Positions 59,734 to 64,000 of a stretch of DNA of 64,000 nucleotides are shown here, piece by piece. How positions within the stretch are numbered: the stretch's first letter is position 1; the number at the start of each line of letters is the position of its first letter. Location of the stretch: the IMG/VR virus record IMGVR_UViG_3300032046_000016, positions 1-64,000 of that record, one strand, 5' to 3'. The stretch comes from a virus. Under the pieces are notes generated by a model. That model searched no databases, was not told the origin of the DNA, and was given only the letters and a program-made list of their open reading frames with translations. The translations under genes were made by a program, and so were the position numbers.

Positions 59734-60920
59734 GGCTCTGCCATCACCGTCTCGGCCCGCCGCAGCAGGCGTTCCCGTCGTTTCGGCTCCTCGACCTTGT
59801 CAGCCAGGTATACCCGCAGGGCGTCCAGCGGCGTCATGCTTTCCACGGCCTCCTCAGTCCGACGTCGGACCTCGCCCTCGAGATCGAGCTTGATGCCCTG
59901 CACCGAGAACGCGGGCGCCAGGGCGCGCTGCAGGGCCGGCATGTCCAACTGACTGGCCACCGAGCGAGGCCCGGACACGATCACCCTCACGATGGCGTCC
60001 TCGATGCCGGCCGTTTCGATGGCGCCCACGACGAAGACGGTAGGCATGTCGCACTCGGCCGGCACCTCAACCTTGACGGTGACGAGCCGCCGGTTCCACA
60101 CCGGAAGCGGCTTCACCTGCACTTTCTGGCTGATAATATCAACCAAAAGCGCCACCTTCTCCTGGCCCTCCTCGCTGAAGTCGACGGACTGCAGGCTGCC
60201 GCTGTACCAGGCGGGCAGTGGGGCGCTCACCTGCTGGCACTCGTGTATGTGGCCTAGGGCGGCGTAGGTGACCCCGGAGAGCGCCAGGTGCAGGGCGCTG
60301 ATGGCAATCTCGTCGCCGACCGACAGGAGCCTCTCGCTGCCGTAGCGGGCCCCGACGATCGGCAGGTGGCCGGCGATGATGCGGACGCCCTCACACTTCT
60401 CGGCCGCCGCCGCCATCATCGCCTTGACGATGCGCTCGGCGACGATCAGCATCGGGTCGCCACGGCCCAGGTCGCCCTCTTCCAGCCATTGGCGCGCGCT
60501 CGGCGCCGGCACACCCAGGATCTCCAACGGGCCGCTATTCGTCTCTACCCGGTACAGGCCCACTCGGTCGATGATCACAAGCGGAAGGCCGGCCGCCTTC
60601 AGCGCGTCGTAGGCGGTGTCCCTGGAGGTCAACCTCAGGGCATCGTGGTTGCCTAAGACCACGACGATCGGGATCGCTTTCTTGTCAGCCAGTCGGCGCA
60701 GCGGCTCCGCGAAGGCTCGCAGCACGATCGGGCTCGGCCGGCGCACCGCGAAGGCGTCGCCGCAGAACACGAACGCGTCAACGCCGTGCAGAACGGCGAG
60801 GTCAGTCGTCTCCTCCCAGGCGCGCACGTAGTCAGCCATGCGCAGGGAGCTGCCATCGGGGGCAAGAGGCGCGTCTGGCGCCAGGTCGAGGTGAAGGTCC
60901 GCACAGTGCAACAGGCGCAT
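59730..60920 (-). CDS. sbcD: SbcD/Mre11 nuclease
   Basis: ADLH, GDAF, GNHD, LGHIH, YSGS metallophosphoesterase motifs; promoter TTGACA-17-TACTCT upstream. Confidence 0.95.
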   Translation of the reverse strand: MRLLHCADLHLDLAPDAPLAPDGSSLRMADYVRAWEETTDLAVLHGVDAFVFCGDAFAVRRPSPIVLRAFAEPLRRLADKKAIPIVVVLGNHDALRLTSRDTAYDALKAAGLPLVIIDRVGLYRVETNSGPLEILGVPAPSARQWLEEGDLGRGDPMLIVAERIVKAMMAAAAEKCEGVRIIAGHLPIVGARYGSERLLSVGDEIAISALHLALSGVTYAALGHIHECQQVSAPLPAWYSGSLQSVDFSEEGQEKVALLVDIISQKVQVKPLPVWNRRLVTVKVEVPAECDMPTVFVVGAIETAGIEDAIVRVIVSGPRSVASQLDMPALQRALAPAFSVQGIKLDLEGEVRRRTEEAVESMTPLDALRVYLADKVEEPKRRERLLRRAETVMAEP

Positions 60921-60970
60921 TCAGATGCCCTCCTATGCTGTGTACAGAGTAGCAGACGGGAACGCAAGTG

Positions 60971-61680
60971 TCAATTGGTACGCCGTGGCGCGAGGCATCC
61001 CTCGGCCTCGGCTGTGGCGGCAAGCCGAACGAACGCAGCCTGCCGAGCGCTGCGCCGCCGTTCTAGCTCGGCCAGGTGAGCCCGCCGGAGCTGGGCACCC
61101 CGTCGCTGAAGATACCGCCGGCCAGTCGGAGAAACGACGTCGGTCGACCAATGATGGCGGCGGGCCCAAGCAACCGCTGGCGGATAGCCTCCCGGCGCCT
61201 CAGTAAAGAGGTGCTGCGGCTTCCCGTAGGTCGGTCCCTCCCACGGCGTCCAATCGTTCATCACACAGGCTGGACGACGTAGCCTAGCCTCCCCGTCCGC
61301 GTGTGAGCCCGGCCCCGCAGCTCATTCTCCACGTACGCGGCCTTGTCACCGTCCAGCTCACCGTCAGCGAAGATCATCCCCTCGGGATCATGGCGGTAGT
61401 CCCATATCCCGCTCAGCGTCTCGAAGCCGTCGGGCGAGCGGGTTACCTCGAGGGCGAGGCCAAGCGGGTGCAGGAGCCGGCGGTTCACCTCCTGGAGATA
61501 CCCCAGGCGCCTGAACTCCTCGACGGGCATCCGATGCCCGGTCCCACCGTCCGCCACATCGGTAGGTGGCTCAAGCCCGACGCAGCGAGAGCACAGGCCG
61601 GGCTTCACCCAGGTACAGCCTCCATCACAGGCGCGGCTGTCCGTACAGCCGCAGACGCGGCATCGCTGCTCGTCAGTCAT
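60971..61680 (-). other. two hypothetical ORFs (60971-61264, 61261-61680)
   Basis: Coupled ORFs; second has CRVCGC..C GYLQEVNR..LHPLGLAL motif. Confidence 0.55.
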
Positions 61681-61783
61681 GTGGTTCTCCTTCCATTTAC
61701 GCTCGACGGGGTCTCGGAACTCCTCGTGGCCAACGGTTCTTACCCGCCACGATGCAACGCGCTATCTGAGCCGCGGAGGCTCT

Positions 61784-62707
61784 TCATCTGCCCTCCATCA
61801 CCGGAAACTCTTCCCAGGCCCTCCCCTGCAGGACGTTGCCGCCCCAGGTCCCGCCCTTCTTGGCCGAACCGCCCCACTGCTTGAAATAGAAGGGCACGTT
61901 GGCGCCCACACACTGATCGCGCAGCGCCAGCACCAATCGCAGCCCTCTCAGGCTCGGCTTGTAGCCGGTGCCGTCGCAGGCCAGGCAGGTCGGCACCGCC
62001 CGCCCGCGTACCTGCATACAGCCACACGGTTGCACCAGGGCGCGATAGATCGGCCCCAGGCTCTCGCCGCCAACGACCACCCAGCCAAGCGTCGGCAGCC
62101 AGGCGCTCAGGTCCACAGCCTCAAGCAGCGGCTCCAGGCACACCCAATACAGCGCCGCCTCGACGCTCAGGAGCTTCGGGATGCGGATCTCCGCGAAGCG
62201 CTGGTTCTCGACCGACACGCCAAGCTGGACATTCGGCAGAGGCCACGTAGGACGGAAGGGGATCGGCGTCTCCAGTACAGGCTGAAGCGCTCGAGAGTTC
62301 AGATACCGGCCGCCGTAGGCGGTGGACTGGCGCCAGACATCGTCAGCGAAGCCTGGACGCGACAGCATCCTCACCATGATCTCCGGGCGCTTGGTCAGGA
62401 GCAGGTACGTGTGCTGAGGCGTCGCGGCCATGACCGCGAAGGTCTGCAGGACGAAGTCTTCCGGCATCTCCTCGTGGAAGAGGTCCGACATCGAGCAGAC
62501 GAACACCCGACGCGGCCGGCGCCATTTGACCGGCTCCATCAGCCGCTCAGGGTGCAGGACCAGGCGCGCCTCGCCACGGACGAAGCGAGGACCGCCCCGG
62601 CGCAGGACGATCCGCTCAGCCCAACAGAAGGCGCAGCCCGGCGACGTCTTCCAACAGTTGTCCGCCAGGTTCAGGGTCTCGTCGGCCCACTCAATACCAG
62701 TCGGCAT
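61784..62707 (-). CDS. DUF5131 / phage Gp37-Gp68 family protein
   Basis: IEWAD, CWKTSPGCAFCWA, VFVCSMSDLFH, LLTKRP, VGGES, FYFKQWG. Confidence 0.9.
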   Translation of the reverse strand: MPTGIEWADETLNLADNCWKTSPGCAFCWAERIVLRRGGPRFVRGEARLVLHPERLMEPVKWRRPRRVFVCSMSDLFHEEMPEDFVLQTFAVMAATPQHTYLLLTKRPEIMVRMLSRPGFADDVWRQSTAYGGRYLNSRALQPVLETPIPFRPTWPLPNVQLGVSVENQRFAEIRIPKLLSVEAALYWVCLEPLLEAVDLSAWLPTLGWVVVGGESLGPIYRALVQPCGCMQVRGRAVPTCLACDGTGYKPSLRGLRLVLALRDQCVGANVPFYFKQWGGSAKKGGTWGGNVLQGRAWEEFPVMEGR

Positions 62708-63667
62708 CACAGGTCTCGCGGGGCCGGATCGCCCATCTTCAGCTCGTGGCCCATTACCGCGTGACCATCGTCGGCGAAGACGAAGCGGACGGCGGCACCA
62801 TCCTTCAGGATCTCTCTGCCGGCGTCGCCTTCCTTGCTCCTCCACGTGAGCTCGATCGCGCCGTGCGACCAGGACAGGGAGAGCTGCAAGGACGGCGTGC
62901 TGGTGATAGGCACCTCAGTCCCGAAGATGTCGATGCGCGCCAGGCGCAGCGGCCTCAGGCACGGCAACAAGCGCCGCATCCACGCCGGCCATTCCCAGCG
63001 CGCGCCGGGGATGCCAAGGCCCTTGTGCACGACCTGTGGCGGATTGTCGGGCGGTCCTTCCATCGCTCACGCTCCCTCGCTCGTGAAGAGTGGCTCCCGC
63101 GGATTGTCAGCTCGGGCCTCCCACTCGACCTTCAGCGGGCGTGGATCAAGACGATCACCGTCGCTGTTGAACACGCCTACCGCGGCGAAGATGGCGTGCA
63201 GGGATTCCAGGTACGCCTTCGCCGCTTCCTGGAGCTTTCTCCGCAGGTCGCCCTCAGGAGCGAGCATGGAGTAGAAAGGCAGCGCGTCGCCACCGACCGC
63301 GCGGTACACCTCCTCCACCAGGTTCGCACCTTCGTACAGTTGCTGCGCGACCCGGTCCGGACTGAAGTTTCGAGGCGGATAAGCGTAGGCCATGTCACGT
63401 CTCCTCTCTCGGGGCTGCGGGAGCGGCGGGTTCGGGGCGGACCTCCCTGGGCTCGAACTCAGGCGGAGGCGGCTCGACGTGTTCAACGTCCTTCGTCCGA
63501 CCCATCGAGTAGGTGATACCCCGCCGCATCACCCACTGTTCATTGCCGGCCCTGCTCCGCTCCTGCCAGGTGGTGCCGGTCACAGCCAACAGGCGGTAAC
63601 CATGCTCCAGATACCAGTTGGCGTAGCGCAAGCGACCCTGCACCACCTCCACTATGTCATCGAACAT
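62707..63667 (-). other. three hypothetical ORFs (62707-63063, 63067-63393, 63395-63667)
   Basis: Coupled ORFs. Confidence 0.55.
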
Positions 63668-63680
63668 GGACGCGCTCCTT

Positions 63681-64000
63681 TCAACTCAGTCCCGCTGGCC
63701 ACAGGATCTCGGCCGCCCTGACCATGCCTCGGCCCGGGTACTCGATGGCGCCCAGGGTTCGCAGGCGGCCCAGGTTGTTAAAGTAGCCACCGCTGGTGGG
63801 CGACACCCCCAACTGGACGGCCAGATCGTCTTTCTGCGCGGCCTCGGGGTACATCTCGATCAAGGCTCTGAGGATGGCACTCTGTGCACGGGGCAGGATT
63901 CGATACCAGGACTCGTGGAGCTCGGCGACGCCAGTGATCGGTTCCACGGGCCCGGCCGCCTCACGGCCGGCGTCGGTCAGGGAGACGTAGCTGGGCTGGG
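63681..64000 (-). CDS. 3' end of a gene with C-terminal winged-helix (possibly HerA/DUF87-type ATPase); truncated by window edge
   Basis: SGGYFNNLGRLRTLGAIEYP wHTH; reading frame open to window edge. Confidence 0.5.
   Translation of the reverse strand, partial: QPSYVSLTDAGREAAGPVEPITGVAELHESWYRILPRAQSAILRALIEMYPEAAQKDDLAVQLGVSPTSGGYFNNLGRLRTLGAIEYPGRGMVRAAEILWPAGLS

Larger units (their letters stand above)
155..64000 (-). mobile_element. Large temperate prophage (siphovirus-like tail), extends beyond the window
   Basis: Integrase adjacent to tRNA 3' end, followed by lysis, tail, head, packaging and early modules, all co-oriented; phage-like small ORFs continue to the right edge. Confidence 0.9.

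Overview
The window starts with a host tRNA-Asp(GTC) gene (78-154), followed by what looks like one large temperate prophage integrated at that tRNA. It runs past the right edge, and no attR copy was seen. Essentially all phage genes are on the minus strand. Left to right: tyrosine integrase, Gp3/RDF-like gene, lysis genes, siphovirus-type tail (with a -1 frameshift chaperone pair), head-tail connectors, major capsid protein (MCP), scaffold, an unusual ~1100-aa multi-enzyme/XkdF-protease polyprotein, MuF, portal and terminase. Next come a ParB-N / glycosyltransferase / Gmd / perosamine-synthase-like aminotransferase / methyltransferase cassette, an early region (two more ParBs, stand-alone MgsA C-terminal domain, DUF932-like, Ku plus ATP-dependent ligase, many small ORFs), a cassette of secreted or anchored proteins, SbcCD and DUF5131. 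A Chloroflexota (Dehalococcoidia-like) host is inferred from protein style only. The best novelty candidates are: (1) a prohead protease fused to NTase-, methyltransferase-, DNA ligase- and phosphoesterase-like domains, with a 21-aa copy of the MCP N-terminal arm (18/21 identical, 7 synonymous changes) just before the ligase, suggesting protease-released, capsid-loaded cargo; (2) a phage GDP-perosamine-type sugar pathway with its own glycosyltransferase next to terminase; (3) a phage end-joining kit; (4) dispersed 16-bp parS-like palindromes; (5) a possible anti-Shine-Dalgarno sRNA. All family assignments come from motif recognition by eye, without database searches.
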